Assembly (NCBI GenBank): GCA_973895155.1
Contig: OZ316891.1
Location: forward strand, 29,990,331-30,054,330
DNA length: 64,000 nt
Direction: 5' to 3'
Source of the DNA: Marsupella aquatica
Taxonomy: Eukaryota; Plantae; Marchantiophyta
In this document: positions 24,811-38,665 of the stretch, piece by piece
Layout: every line of letters begins with the position of its first letter
Position numbering within the stretch: position 1 is the stretch's first letter
Translations under genes and position numbers: made by a program
Notes under the pieces: generated by a model
What the model was told of the DNA's origin: nothing
What the model saw: the letters and a program-made list of their open reading frames with translations, nothing else
Database searches by the model: none

Positions 24811-27800
24811 ATGAGGTCTTCGCTATACGCAATGAAGGAAGGAGAATTGGCCAATTCTTTGGCCAAGTTTCTCAAAATGGATACATACAGACAGAAGATT
24901 GTCGACAATTGCATAGATGGGTCTGTATTTCAATGCTCAGAAGACGAGGTTGATGCTCTTCTCAAGGAGTCTGGGTTCACCATCCCTGGTCATCGAATGA
25001 GAATCAGAAAATGGGTCGAAGAGTGCAAACGCAAGGGATCTGTGGTTGATCAACTTGAGTTCAGCATGCCTGCTCCAGTGCGGCCAACCTTGGGAGAGGG
25101 ATCAGTCAAACATGACTCCCCAACATTGCTACGAAAGAGTGGAACAGTAGGAGAGGTTGGAAAGGGTAAACAATTCTCCATGCAGACTTCAACATCAATG
25201 CAAACCTCAACATCGATGCACACTTCAGTTGAATTTGAGTCTCACAAAACAATGCAGCACAAGGTACGTACGTACAACACAGTTTAATTGAGATTGTTTA
25301 GTATATTTTACTGGTAATGTCTACACACTTGGAGTGTTTGGCACATCTACTGTACGTTAGACCTGGGGCTCATCCCCTATTGTACCCATGCTCTTCTCCA
25401 ACGACAAGCCTGCATGTTCCATGTTGTCTGATGTATTAATCTAGAATGAAGGTGTTAATTTCGATCCTAACGTATTCCCTTATGTCTCGATCAGAGGGAG
25501 CAATTGAGATTTCCAACTTACGAGGAGATATTCAAGCAGAAGAAAACTGGTCGTAAATTACTCCAAGCCTGGCCTCATGCCTGCTTAGCGCATAATGAGA
25601 ACTTGAGGACGATTCGGAAGTGGTTTTCTGAACCTGAACAGAGGCACTTTATGGAGCATGATTTCAAACAAAATGCAAGTCTTCGGACAGAATGCCTTGA
25701 TTTTGCAAGGTCAAGAATGGATGACCTCCGGCCATTGGTATTTGTGGATGATGTAGAGGGAACTGTGGCTTCAATGCGTTGGAAGCTTGAAGATGTCTAC
25801 GAGGCCATCATCAATCGCAAACATGAATTCACCAAGGGTGAAAAGAGGAAATTGGCAAAACTGGGTAAGCTGAGTGGTCCATTGTTTCTCAATATTGATG
25901 TCGGATGATTTAATTTTTTGGGGCTCAGAAGTGACGGAGTAGGGTGGTCCAGTGTTTCTCAATTTTGATGTCGGATGATTTTGTTGGGCTCAGAAGTGAT
26001 GGAGTAGGCAAAGATGTTAAATGGGTCAGACATGCTTTATCTGAGATTGAACTTGCAAGACGTACATTGATTCAGAATCTTAGTTACCATATTAATCTAT
26101 TGAATATATTCGGTTTTGTCAGGTGAAGAAGACGCTTCGCCTACCAAGGCACGTACACCTCAACCCGAACCCCAGGTGATTCTTACCCAAGATGACAAGG
26201 ACTTGCTAGAATTCAATAGCAGGCCAGAGTATGAGATGCTTCTTTATGCCACTCCTACTCAGCTGACAGCCTTAGACATCCACAAAAGGCAAAAGGGAAA
26301 GGATTGCAAAAGAGATGACGCAGACTTATTTGGGAAGGGGAAGGTTCTGGCAATCGCCAAACAAAATCCATATAAAGTGTACCAGATCAAGATTACCCAC
26401 CTCTGTCCTGAGACATCGTCTAGGTTGGCTGAATACTACATTCCGTGTGGCCCACACAGCGCAGACTTTGACACCCAATTGTGCATGCTAGACCTGGTAA
26501 ACTCTCTATTTCTTTAATAAGCTCTTGCATGACGTTTGTATATTGTGGACAAATCACATTACTTCCAATTCAAGACTTTGTCGGCATAGCTCAATCATCC
26601 ATACATGTACTTACAGACTTAATTATCTTTCTTATTGTGCAGGGTACTAAGATTCAAATAGCACAACCCTATACTGCGCTAACTCCACAACCACCAGCTG
26701 ACATCACTTCAGATTTAGTGAATCAAAGTACTGAAGTTTTGGATTCCACATCTTGTGATCAGGACAAATCTGACAATGTGACCATGGAGCACCAATTTCC
26801 TGCAGTTCAGCGAAGATTGAGTAAGGGCAGATCTAGTCTGGGTTCTAATGGGACTTCAGATTCGATCCACAACTTGGATGAATTTGGTAAAAAAATTGTG
26901 CAGATTACTCCTACACGTGACTCATCCAGGTTGTCCAAGTCAAGGAGAACAGTGGATAACTCAGACTCACCCTCCCCTTTGACAGAGGTATATATAGGCA
27001 TAGTTATCAAGGGAATCTCAAGCTACGTATTTTCTTTTACTGTACTACTTCTTTTTGTTGTTAGCTTACCCTATATTAATATATGTTTGTACTTGTTTTG
27101 CAGGTGACTGTCAAGTTGGAAAGTAGCCCAATTGACAAATCTGACAATGTGACCATGGAGCACCAGGTTGAATTTCCTGCAATTCAGCAAAGATTGAGTA
27201 AGGGCAGATATAGTCTGGGTTCTAATGGGACTTCAGATTCGATCCACAACTTGGATGAAGTGGGTAAAATTTTTGTGCAGATTACTCCTACACGTGACTC
27301 ATCCAGGTTGTCCAAGTCAAGGAGAACAGTGGATAACTCAGACTCACCCTCCCCTTTGACAGAGGTATGTATAGGCATAGTTATCAAGGGAATCTCAAGC
27401 TACGTATTTTCTTCTACTGTAATACTTTTTTTTGTTATCTTACCCTGTATTAATATATGTTTGTACTTGTTTTGCAGGTGACTGTCAAGTTGGAAAGTAG
27501 CCCAATTGAATTGCATAGAAAGAAGCCATCACCCAACTTGGCTTACGGACGCAGGATTAGTGGTCAAAAGAAATCACAATCGAAAGCCACATTGTCTAGG
27601 TGTCTTGCTGATTCTCAGTCAGAAAGAGAAATGGAGACAGAAGTGACAAATGAGAAATCCTTTGAGGAGCTCATGTCAAGCCCCTTGTCAAGGCCAACCA
27701 AGTTTCAGGCTAGCTTCAGTAACAAAGAGAACATTTTGGCAAGTTTACCCAAACCAAGGGGGCCATGTCCTGGAGAGGACAATGGTGTGAAGATGAGAAG

Positions 27801-28691
27801 TTTAAAAGACATCACTAACTCCAAACCGTTGTCTGTCACAGCAGTCACAACACCGCTACTTGCTTTCCAGGTTTGTAATTCACATGATTATAAAACTCTG
27901 ACTAGGTCCATGTAATCCATGGACCTACCCATGGACTATGATTATAACAATAATAGAGTTCTGGAATTCTCAGGCTTGTCAGTGTGGGTGTGGGCCTGCT
28001 GGGTGGTGCCTCCTAGTGATCCTGGATTTCCCTTACCTCTATTCTGTCATTTTTGTTGCAGACATTGAGTGGCAGCCCAATTCACCCTCCCGACACTTCC
28101 AGGTTATTTATATTCTATCATTTTCTGTGGCCATTCTCTTTTGCAGGCGTTGAGTGGCAGCCCGGTTCACAAAGTTCCACGTTCAAAATCTACAGCACCT
28201 GTTCTGAACTGCAAGACAAAGGTAATCATTTAGTCTAGATACTTTAGCCCTTATTTATTTGTGCATTAGAGTATTTTTTTTAATTTGAGGTATGAAAAGA
28301 TACTGAAATCCTCATGCTATTAAATTTTGTTTGGTGTGCATGCGCGCAGGAATACACACAGTACACTACAAGCCCTATTACAAGCTCAAAAACAAATTGG
28401 AATCGGTTAACCTATCAAGCCCAAGTCAATGTCTGTATATTGGTCATGAATGTCAAAAACCGTAATGAGGTGGAGACCAAGATAACAGATTGGATTGGTA
28501 CTAAAAATGCTAAATGTAGAGTGGGCAAAAAATTATTTGCTGGACACTTGAAGTATGGCGTGGTTGAAAAAATAGAAATGGTGACCAATTGGGCGCTTGA
28601 TGCTGGAATAGTGGAGATAGTAGATGCTCCACCTATGGTAAAGGGTAGGCTAGATTTAACCATGGATAATCTAAGGCTTGGTGAGGATTAA
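24811..28691 (+). CDS. Multi-exon second gene of the CACTA element with an N-terminal SAM-like domain (exon structure approximate)
   Basis: Exon-like ORFs at ~24811-25263, 25494-25863, 26123-26495, 26643-26987, 27104-27364, 27478-27870 and 28350-28691, bounded by GT/AG. LAKFLKMDTYRQKIVDNCIDGSVF...LLKESGFTIPGHRMRI matches the SAM pattern (Y...IDG...L.E.G....GHR.RI). Confidence 0.6.
26763..27508 (+). repeat. ~371-377-bp tandem duplication of an exon+intron block
   Basis: gacaaatctgacaatgtgacc at 26763 and 27134; both copies include the same intron and the VTVKLESSPI exon start. Confidence 0.92.
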
Positions 28692-29506
28692 TATGATATA
28701 TGTCATGTTTGACTTCAGCAACCGAATCCTAATATATAGAGATCTAGGGTTCACTAGTAGTTGACTAGTAGTCAATAATATATAATGGCCAACATATATG
28801 TTAACTGTAAAAGATACCTATGCAATTAGGTGGATACAAATGTAGTAGACTTTTACCAATTGTACATTGATACAATTATTGTAATTCAATGGAGGCTGGT
28901 GCTACTACCTCTAGCTCCTGCTATTTCCTATATAGTATTATATTTGTCAGTGAATTGAAATACCAGCATGAGTACTTTGTCTTATGCTCAAAAGGTTGAA
29001 TTGGTTTGCTTTGTCTACTAAAAGAATAATGTTTGCTTAAATAAATATTTTAAATTATAAAAATTGGACAACTGAGATGAAAAGAGATCGAGCCTTCTTA
29101 TTAAGGTTGGCAAAACAAGAAACACTTCTCATTATAATATTCAGGTATATACGTTGACAAAGAAAACGTTTACTGTACTAGGAATATTGAATTCTCCAAA
29201 TAGGCTGATGTAAATCAAGGAATATACAAAATACCCAAATCATTTTGCAAAAGTAGGATTTTACAATACGCCAAAGTAGGATTTTACAACATGCCTATGA
29301 TTTATCTTCAAGGACTTTGTCCCACATGTGAAATCTGGGTATATTGAAGTTTCCTATGCCGTCCAAACAGCCAACATAACATCCCGGGGAATGTTTCATA
29401 AACCCATTTAAGGTCAGTTTCCCCACTTCTTTGTCAAAAATATGGGGGAAATGGGTTTACATCTAGGATATTAGCCAAGGTGGGGGTAAGACAGAAACTC
29501 CTTGTG

Positions 29507-29735
29507 AAACAAGAAAGGATCCAATCAAGTGCTTCAAGTATTCTCCATCAGAAAATATGAACTTTTCATCCAAACATTCAATAACCTCCACCATTACATG
29601 ATCCGGACCTAACTCCACCGTGTGACAAATCCTGGTGGGATCACTACTAAAAATCTTTCCCATCCCAACCAATATCTTTGAGCCAAACAATCCGACCATG
29701 TCACCCACTTCAAAAGACAGGATGGTCGTAGACAT
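29507..29735 (-). pseudogene. 5' end of transposase gene B (first beta-domain), displaced 20.2 kb by the CACTA insertion
   Basis: MSTTILSFEVGDMVGLFGSKILVGMGKIFSSDPTRICHTVELGPDHV resembles the N-terminal repeats of gene A and joins 9304 in frame once the element is removed. Confidence 0.85.
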
Positions 29736-32069
29736 TTTAGTTTTGCAATAGCAATATATAATATTTGTTAGCCACTTTACATTATTCGGTTGCCCTTATC
29801 TCAAATTATCCGAATCCCAAAACGATGCCACTCTATCACAAAACTTTCTAAAAAAAAGAAGGTTCTCTAAAGATCAGAGAATAATGTTTTGGATATTATG
29901 TCATCTTTGTAGCTCAGATTGGAATTTAAGGTGCCCCGCATCTGGGCTTTGTTGATTAACTTAACTCAAGGTATCAGTACCCTACCGCCCGCGGGTTGTG
30001 AACAATACTTATTGAGGTATCAGTACCCTGCCGCCCGTGGGTTGTGAACAACATTGATTTCGCTTCATTCAAGAGATGCTCCCTCCAAGAAACAGTATTC
30101 TTTGTTATATATATATATATATATATGTGCAACATCTACAAAAGGTGTCTAGCTAAGGGTTAACTGGCTCTAGTAAGTTTTGACACCAAGTATCATTGTG
30201 TACCCAACAATCAACTCAATACCCCACAACCCACGGGTTGCAGGGTACACAAATTCATCGACCATTAGTAGGCTGGCGGCTGATAAACCTTATCAATAAC
30301 TAGAATGTAATAACATTTTTATGAAAACATTACAAGAAATTCTCTTGAATTCTATCAATCAGAGATGGAGGACCCTACAGCCTGTGGGTTGTGCGGTGTA
30401 CAAATTTTAGGACCCCGGGTGTGGATATATAAACCCTAAACCCTAAATATCCCTATTTCCTCACGGGTTCCAAAGTAGGGTCACAAGAAATTATGATATT
30501 AATAATGAATATTGTCCCCTTTTGACACATGATAGTAGTTATCAAGGGTTCAGACTAGATTTGAGTTTATTCGGCTTCTCAAACGGTTTAGATTTGATTT
30601 CCTGATTAAATTGTTTAATTTGTTACATGATGTTCGGATGTGGTCAGGAGTTCAATTTTAGGGTTGAGATCTCACTCCCTGACTGAATATTATGAAAATT
30701 AATAAGGGCTATTCAAAATTATGAAGGGCTATTTAAAATTGGTTTACTATCTGAACAGATGATTGATGTTGTTTGTTCATAAAATGAGAAACACTTCACC
30801 TCAAGTGAGCAGCAAACTTAATTATTTCCAGCAACTGGTCAAGTCTTCAGGTGAAATTGTGATCTTAGATTTTGTGTTTTAAAGAATTTTAGGGTTTAGT
30901 AGTTACTCCAAAATTTTAGATTCGCGTACATTTCTAGAGCATATACAATATTGTATCTGATTCGAACTTTCACAAAGAACATGAATTGAATGTGAGTACA
31001 TGAATTGAATCTGAATACATGAATTGAATCTGAGTACATGAATAGAGTTTACGTTCATCACATTAGAAACAAAATTGCTTTGATCAGTCACGGGATCAAA
31101 GAAATTTAACACACAGACTCAACCAGAAGAGATATAAACAGGTTACAAATTGTACACAATGAACCAAACAATAAATTAGGGATTTGAAAGTAGACTGCAT
31201 ACCTTATGCTGAGTGACGACACTCTCTTGTAGCTTGAATGTTGTTCCCGATCACTCTAGAGAAGCTAGCTCCTTATCGATCTCCTCAAGTAATCGAGCTC
31301 TCCCTAGATTACTCTCGGTCCTCTGATCGAATTGTCTCGACGTGGGTGACTTTCCTCAATCTAAATGAGCTCAGCCGGTAGTGCTCTCCTCTTGAATGAC
31401 TCCTCTCCTCTAATCAAGCTCAGCCGGTTGAGCTCTCTCCCGCAAGTTTTAAGCTATTATGGGAGAGAGCCTTAACCGATCAAGCTCTCGACCAAGAAGT
31501 ATCACTAAAACAATTGCTATACCTCAAACTTGAAACTCAGACGAGGATTGATTGAAGATGAATGCGCAATGTGAAATAAGCCAGTATCGTGACCACAACA
31601 AAGAGATTGCAAGACAAGCGAGACTAACGCGACCTTACACAAGCGGGTACACAAGAAACATGAGGACTGAAGTCGACTGAGGCTGGTGCAAGGCCTTACA
31701 AAAGAAACCTCGGCGAGAACTGAAGATTGAGGCCGGTGCAAGAGTCTGCATGACGATTCATGCTCACTTTGAGCATCATTCAAATTCAAATTTCAAATAC
31801 AATTCTCTTGGAGGGAAAACTTGGATGCAATTTGACGGCCGGATCCACGTTTTGACAGAATTTGCAACTCGTCATACTGCTTATACTGTAGACGTTATAA
31901 AAATACGATGTTGGACCTACTATGTTTGCAATTACGTCAACACTTTCAACATTGCTTTTTCAATCTGACAATACATTACCTTCCAACATACAAACTAAAT
32001 ATTATTTCAGTTACGTTAAATATATGATTGGGATATTAAATGTACTGTAATATTACTATGGTATATATT

Positions 32070-34915
32070 ATTGTAAACATGGAGCATAGGGATACCTTAA
32101 GACAACCTCCTTAATTAGTTCAATTACACTATATATCCGGACCAGCTAGAGTTGTGCTAACATGGAGCATGGAGATAATTTATCAAACCCCCTTCAACTA
32201 TATATATATATCCAGCATTTATTAAACTATATTTCCATCCAAGGTTTCCCAAACATGAAGCCCATGTGTACCTTATAAAATCCCTCTAGCTTGCATTAAG
32301 TTCTACTTCCTTCTAGGGTTGCACAAACATGGTGCATAGGTACTAATACTTTATAAACCCCCTTCAAAGTGGAGCATAGGGATACCTTATTATAATATCC
32401 CTCCAATTAAATTGCACTTCCTTCCATGTTGCACATACATGAAGCATTGGAGCATCACTCAGGATAGTTACCTCATAAACCCTTCGAATTAAATTGTACT
32501 TCCAGTTAGTAGGGTTGCGTTAACTGTCCGGGTAACTGTCCCCCTTAATACTTTATAAACCCCCTTCAACTAACATGGAGCATAGGGATACGTTATAAAT
32601 TAATACCGGCCCCTTAAATTAAACTAGATATATCTAGCTAGGGTTGGAGTAAGATGGAGCATAGCGACAAGGGTTGGACTAAGATGGAGCATAGCGACAT
32701 GTTATAATTAAATTGTACTTCCAGTTAGTAGGGTTGCGCTAACTGTCCGGGTAACTGTCCCCCTTAATACTTTATAAACCCCCTTCAACTAACATGGAGC
32801 ATAGGGATACGTTATAAATTAATACCAGCCCCTTCAATTAAACTAGATATATCTAGCTAGGGTTGGAGTAAGATGGAGCATAGTGACAAGGGTTGGACTA
32901 AGATGGAGCATAGCGACATGTTATAAACCCAACCCCTTAAATTAAACTAGATTTCTAGCTTGGGTTGCCCTAATTAACATGGAACATACTAGGGATAAAT
33001 TGTAAACCATCCTCCATTAAACTATACTTCCAGGCATCCAGGGTTGCACGAACATGGTGCATGTACTACTGTACAGGTATATTTTCTAAAACCCCGTTAG
33101 TTCCATGAAACTATATACTTCCATCCAGGGTTTCCCAAACATGAACTAAGCATTAGTAGCTCTAAGGTGTACCTTAATTATAAAACCCTGCTTGCACTAA
33201 GTTCTACTTCCTTCTACTAGGGTACCCCTTCCAACCTAATTGTACTTCCAGGTAGGGTTGAACTAAATACATGGAGCAGACTTAGGGATATATATATATA
33301 TATATCATGTATATTTAAAAACCCCTTGCTTTAAATTATACTTCCAGGCATCCAGGGTTGCACTAACATGGAGCATGGGTATACGTTATAACCCCCTTCA
33401 ATTAAACTAGATATGCAGCTAGGGTTGCGCTAATTAACATGGAACATACTAGGGATACGTTGTAAACCCCCTCCATTAAACTATGCTTCCAGGCATCCAG
33501 GGTTGCACTAACATGGAACATACTAGGTATATTTTCTAAACCCCGAGTTCCATTAAACCAATGATATACTTCCATCCAGGGTTTCCCAAACATGAAGCAT
33601 TAGTAGCTAGGTGTACCTTATAAAACCCTGCTTGCACTAAGTTCTACTTCCTTCTACTAGGGTACCCCTCCAACGTAATTCTACTTCCTGGACCAGGTAG
33701 GGTTGAACTAACATAAAATTGAGCAGACTTAGGGATATATATATATATATACGTACGTTTTAAAACCCCTTGCATTATATTATACTTTCAGGCATCCAGG
33801 GTTGCACTAACATGGAGCATGGGTATACGTTAAAACCCCCTTTATTAAACTAGATATGCAGCTAGGGTTGCGCTAATTAACATGGAACATACTAGGGATA
33901 CGTTGTAAACCCCCTCCATTAAACTATGCTTCCAGGCATCCAGGGTTGCACTAACATGGAGCATACTAGGTATATTTTCTAAACCCCGAGTTCCATTAAA
34001 CCAATGATATACTTCCATCCAGGGTTTCCCAAACATGAAGCATAATTAGTAGCTAGGTGTACCTTATAAAACCCTGCTTGCACTAAGTTCTACTTCCTTC
34101 TACTAGGGTACCCCTCCAACATAATTCTACTTCCAGGTAGGGTTGAACTAACATACATGGAGCAGACTTAGGGATATATATACATTTTAAAACCCCTCAG
34201 TTGCATTAAATTATACTTCCAGGCATCCAGGGTTGCACTAACATGGAGCATAGGTATACTTTATAAAACCCCCTTAATTAGTTCCATTAAACTATATACG
34301 TTATTAAACCTTGCTTGCACTAAGTTCTACTTCCTTATAGGGTTGCCCAAACATGGGGCATAGGTATTTTTATAAACCCCCTTCAACTAACATGGAGCGT
34401 AGAGATACCTTATCAAACCCCACGCCTTCAAGTAACATGCATGGAGCAGAGCAACACCATATAAAACCCCTTGGATTGAATTGCACCACCATGGGAAATA
34501 GGGATCTACCTTATGAAATCCCTCGAATTAAATTGCCCAGGTTCCTTCCATGTTGCACACACATGGAACCTAGGCTAGGGATACGTGATAAACCCCTCGA
34601 ATTAAATTGTACTTCCAGTAGGGTTGCACTAACATGGAGCATGTATACTTATGGATACTTTATAAATCCCACTTCAATCAATTAAACTATACTTCTAGCT
34701 AGGGTTTGACTAGCTAACATGGATATTAGGGATACCTTCTAAACTCCCCTAATTCAATTAAATTATACTTCCATCGAGGGCTGCACAATGAACATGGAGA
34801 ATAGCAATACCTGCTAAACCCTTCCATTAAATTAGACTTCTGTCCATTATTTACCCAAACATGGAGCATAGGGCTACCTGATAAACCCCTGGCATTTAAG
34901 TATACTTCCATCCAG
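32070..34915. repeat. Degenerate ~60-65-bp satellite (aacatggagcatagggataccttataaacccc...tacttcca..tagggttgcact) with ~220-bp and ~443-bp higher-order duplications
   Basis: Recurring aacatggagcat / agggttgcactaa motifs; near-identical ORFs at 33402 and 33845 are offset by 443 bp. Confidence 0.9.
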
Positions 34916-35071
34916 GGAATCAACGTACTCAATCAAGTGATAGCATCAACGTACAGCAGGACGAGTATTGTGAACTGGATGATGGTGACGTGTTTGCTCA
35001 CTCGCGCGCGCACTAGATGATGGCGACGTTTTTCCCCACTCGCGCCTGTTTGAGTACTACCGATCACGTTC

Positions 35072-35235
35072 AAGAACTGAATCAAATGATTCAGACTGCC
35101 AAAGACACCGAGTTGACATTGTGCGGAAGAACTGAATCGAACAAGTCAGATTGCCGAAGACACCGAGTCGACATTGTGCGGAAGAACTGAAGCGAACGAG
35201 TCAGACTGAAGGGAGTCGTCGACATTGTGCGGAAG
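35072..35235. repeat. 55-bp tandem repeat x3
   Basis: aagaactga...gacattgtgcgg units start at 35072, 35127 and 35182. Confidence 0.85.
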
Positions 35236-38098
35236 GGAGATTGAGGATCTATATGAGGTTGATCGATATGGCGATTCTAGAGACTACCATTTGATTCAAG
35301 AGGTGTTCAATTGAGAACTGATACTATTTTGCGGACAAACGTACAAAGCATTCATGAGGTGTTCAATTGAGAACTGGATTGCTTTGTACTGATACTATTT
35401 TGCGTCGGGGCAGGGAGCTCTCTTTCTCCAAAAATGAGCTGGACATTTGAGGTATGCAACACCTTGACTGGAACCTAAATCATTTCATTTGGTTCACTTT
35501 GTGAAGTCGCAAGAGTATATCTTCGACAATCGGAATAGTATCATTGTTTCTAGCAAGAAAGGAGGGGAATTAATTACCGTCGGTAGTGACTTTTAGTGGG
35601 TCGGACACCGTTGGGTTGAAATGCCGTTTGGATGGCAAGTGCGAAAGTGAATTGATGAATGAGGAGTTTTGTGTTGCTAGGTTGCATTTTTTGGAGGCAC
35701 CAATGTGTTTTGCGTTGGTTGAGAGCAAACGTCGCGGGAGTGAGGCACGATGTCTTTGTATGTACAAGCTCTGAAAGGTACTAAAACTCACCTATATATA
35801 TATTGTTCAAAGGCTTGTCAATCCTCCTGTCGAATGCTTTCCTAGCCTTGTGCTTCTTGGAATGCTTTCCTGCTTTCAGACTTCTCCTTTTAGACTTCTC
35901 AGACTTCTGTCAGCCTTCGAGCCCCTTCTCCCTAAGTATGTTGACTATGCTTTTTGCGATTTCAGATGCAAATGTGCGTGACAGAGCCTGGATGATCCAT
36001 TGTTGACTACGGATTTTGTGGTGACCACGTTGTGGAGAGCGGTATCCATCCATTGTCAATAATCCATCCAGGTGTGATTGCCTTGCCTTGTATTGCTCGA
36101 CTCATTGTTGGAGACTACATTGGACAGTAAATGATGTGTTTGCCATAATACGTGATCTGCTATGTGAATGATCATGATCTACTATGTCAACAAGCAAGAT
36201 AGTCGCATTTGGGATCTCTCACGGGCCGCTTATTCTGTGAGAAGTCTATGTTTGCATGGGTCTATGGAATGTTGTCAAATAATGTTATCGTTCTCAATCT
36301 TGATGCTTGATAGAGGAGAAGGAACGTAGTTGTTTAGGGTAGTAGTCCTTAAAGCCTGTGTTGTGGTTGTTGTTCGAATTTAATTTTTCATAGTTGTGGA
36401 GCAGTCAAGTTGGTCCGTTTGTGTGCCTCCTGATAACTTAAGCTGCAACCCCGGTTGCACCAAATCTGTTGTTTCTTTGTTAAAGGTGACATTAGTCATC
36501 CCAATAATTTCTAATCTGCCTGCAATCAAGGTAGTCAAGTAGCTCCAAATTCAAAGATCATCAATTGTCTTTCTTCAAAGACATCATTCATCTGGCAATC
36601 GTTCATCGTTCATCTAGATATCTGGAAATCGTTCATCATTCATCATCGTTCATCTGGATATGTAAAGATGACATTTTTAGTTTGAGGTCAGCCGATCATT
36701 CATTGAGCTATGTAATCCCATAGGTAGAGGTTGTCAGGTAGGGATCTATTTGAAATGAGGTGTTGTTTTGGAATGTACAGCGATTGGTGTTAATAGTATC
36801 CTAAACCCTGCTGCCCTTGTTCTCAAATTCATTGGTTTCATAGATTGCTATTGTAGTCCAGAGAGCCCAGCTATGTGGGCCCTCTACAAGTACACAGTAG
36901 GTCACTGAGCCAAATGTCATTATTTTTGGAAATTTGGGAGGCACGAAAGTTTCTCGGCTCTTTGTTTCAATATGTTGTGAGTAATGTGCTGTTGAGATTG
37001 GTTCTCCTGTACTAATTACTCCTTCCCTTCAAGTACTCTGTCAAAGATGAAATCCATGGCCTCCTAATCAGATAAGTGAGTATGGATGATTCCTGTGATT
37101 GAGATTGTGTCTCACTGTGGCTTTGGGTCAAATGTTGTGCAGGTCCATGGTGCTCAGATTCCATAGCCGCCAGGGATTTAACAACAATTTGGCCTAATCA
37201 TCCCAAGCATCTACTCCGACCTGCTCCTCAAAAATTTGCACCCTTGGAATAATTATAGGTAAGCCCCTGGTGTCATATCTAAATGTAATGAAGATGTCAA
37301 AATTTCAGTATCCACTGACTAGTTAATCCATGATTGCATCCACTATCCACTATCCGTGATTGCATCCACTATTCATACCCAATGTTGTTGTGATAAAATC
37401 CTATTGTATCAATGCACATTTGTTAATTTGTTTAGTTTCCAGATTGAAATTTTCAATCTGTCTGTCGATCTTCTTGATCTCAATGTGATTCCTTCTGCCC
37501 GTAGTTGGTACATCTACCGCAACTGCATCACTCTGCATAAAAAAACAAGTGTGTCAATTTGTTTTGCAGGTTTCTAGTGCTTCTCCTGCCTACATCCTTG
37601 ACAAGCATTGTGCGGGGTATAGTCTACCTGCGATGCCTCAATCTTACACACTGAAACAACAATCTGCTGAAGTTTGAAGAGATTAGAGCCCCACAAAATC
37701 CGGGAACAAAAATCTTGAGGTAAGAGCTTTTGGAACTCATTGTCTGGTTCATAGTAAAGATTGTAGAGTTGAACTCGTCCATGAATTGTACGCAATTGCC
37801 ACCAATATTAAAGAGATTATGAGGAAAGACTGTTATCAGGAGATTAGCAATTGTTTGTAATGAGTACTATTACTATTAAAGAAGGGTAATGATTCTTGAT
37901 CCACAGGGGCTACTCTAGCCAAAATATAGATCAATCATATATAAACTATGAAGGGTTGTCTGTCACATAATCCTAGCCCCTCAATCACACCCTCTCGAGC
38001 CTAGCTAACTAGATTTTGGGTCAATTGCTAATGAATATATTGATTAATGAGTATACTATTGATCCGGGGGTTTAGGAGGCTAATAAAACAAGAGAGGA

Positions 38099-38665
38099 CC
38101 TCACCACCCGCGGGCCGTGAGGCTCACTTGGATTGACTGTCTAGCATACCTCACCACCCGCAGGTTGTACATGCAACTCACTAAAAGCTCAACATATCTC
38201 ACCACCCGCGAGCCGTGAGGCTCACTCAGACCGACTGTATAGTATACCTCACCACCCACGGGCCGTGAGGCTCACTCAAACCTATAGTCTAGCATACCTT
38301 GCCACCCGTGGGCCGTGAGGCTCACTTAGACCGACTGTATAGGATACCTCACCACCCGCGGGCCGTGAGGCCACTCAGACCTACACTCTAGCATACCTTG
38401 CCACCCGCGGGCCGTGAGGCTCACTCAGACCGACTATATAGCATACCTCACCACCCATGGGCCGTGAGGCTCACTCAAACCTACTATCTAGCATACCTTG
38501 CAACCCGCGGGCAGTGCGGCTCACTAAGACCGGATGTCTAGCATACCTCACCACCCGCGGGTCATGAGGATCACTTGGACCGACTGTGTAGAACACCCCA
38601 CCACCCACGGACCCTGAGGCTCACTTGGATCAACTGTTTAGCATACCTCACCACCCGCGGGCTGT
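38099..38665. repeat. ~50-bp tandem array (~12 units), each with the imperfect palindrome cctcac-cacccgcgggcc-gtgagg
   Basis: Directly visible; ends ~95 bp before the ATG of the ParB-like gene. Confidence 0.95.

Larger units (their letters stand above)
9308..29506 (-). mobile_element. 20.2-kb CACTA/EnSpm-superfamily DNA transposon
   Basis: Left end CACAAGGAAGTTT (9308); right end AAACTCCTTGTG (29506). 3-bp TSD AAA (9305-9307, 29507-29509). Removing it restores gene B in frame (GSFLV-WDKND). Contains a TnpD-like transposase. Confidence 0.92.

Noticed and set aside
30431-30447. Telomere or healed chromosome end (aaaccctaaaccctaaa; also 59049-59092)
   Set aside because: Only 2-3 units; fits common plant telo-box/interstitial motifs.
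33402-34036. Duplicated 63-aa ORFs
   Set aside because: Chance ORFs inside the 443-bp higher-order satellite unit.
38099-38665. CRISPR-like array (palindromic repeat plus spacer)
   Set aside because: The linkers are variants of one another rather than unique spacers, the repeats are degenerate, there are no cas genes, and the context is eukaryotic.
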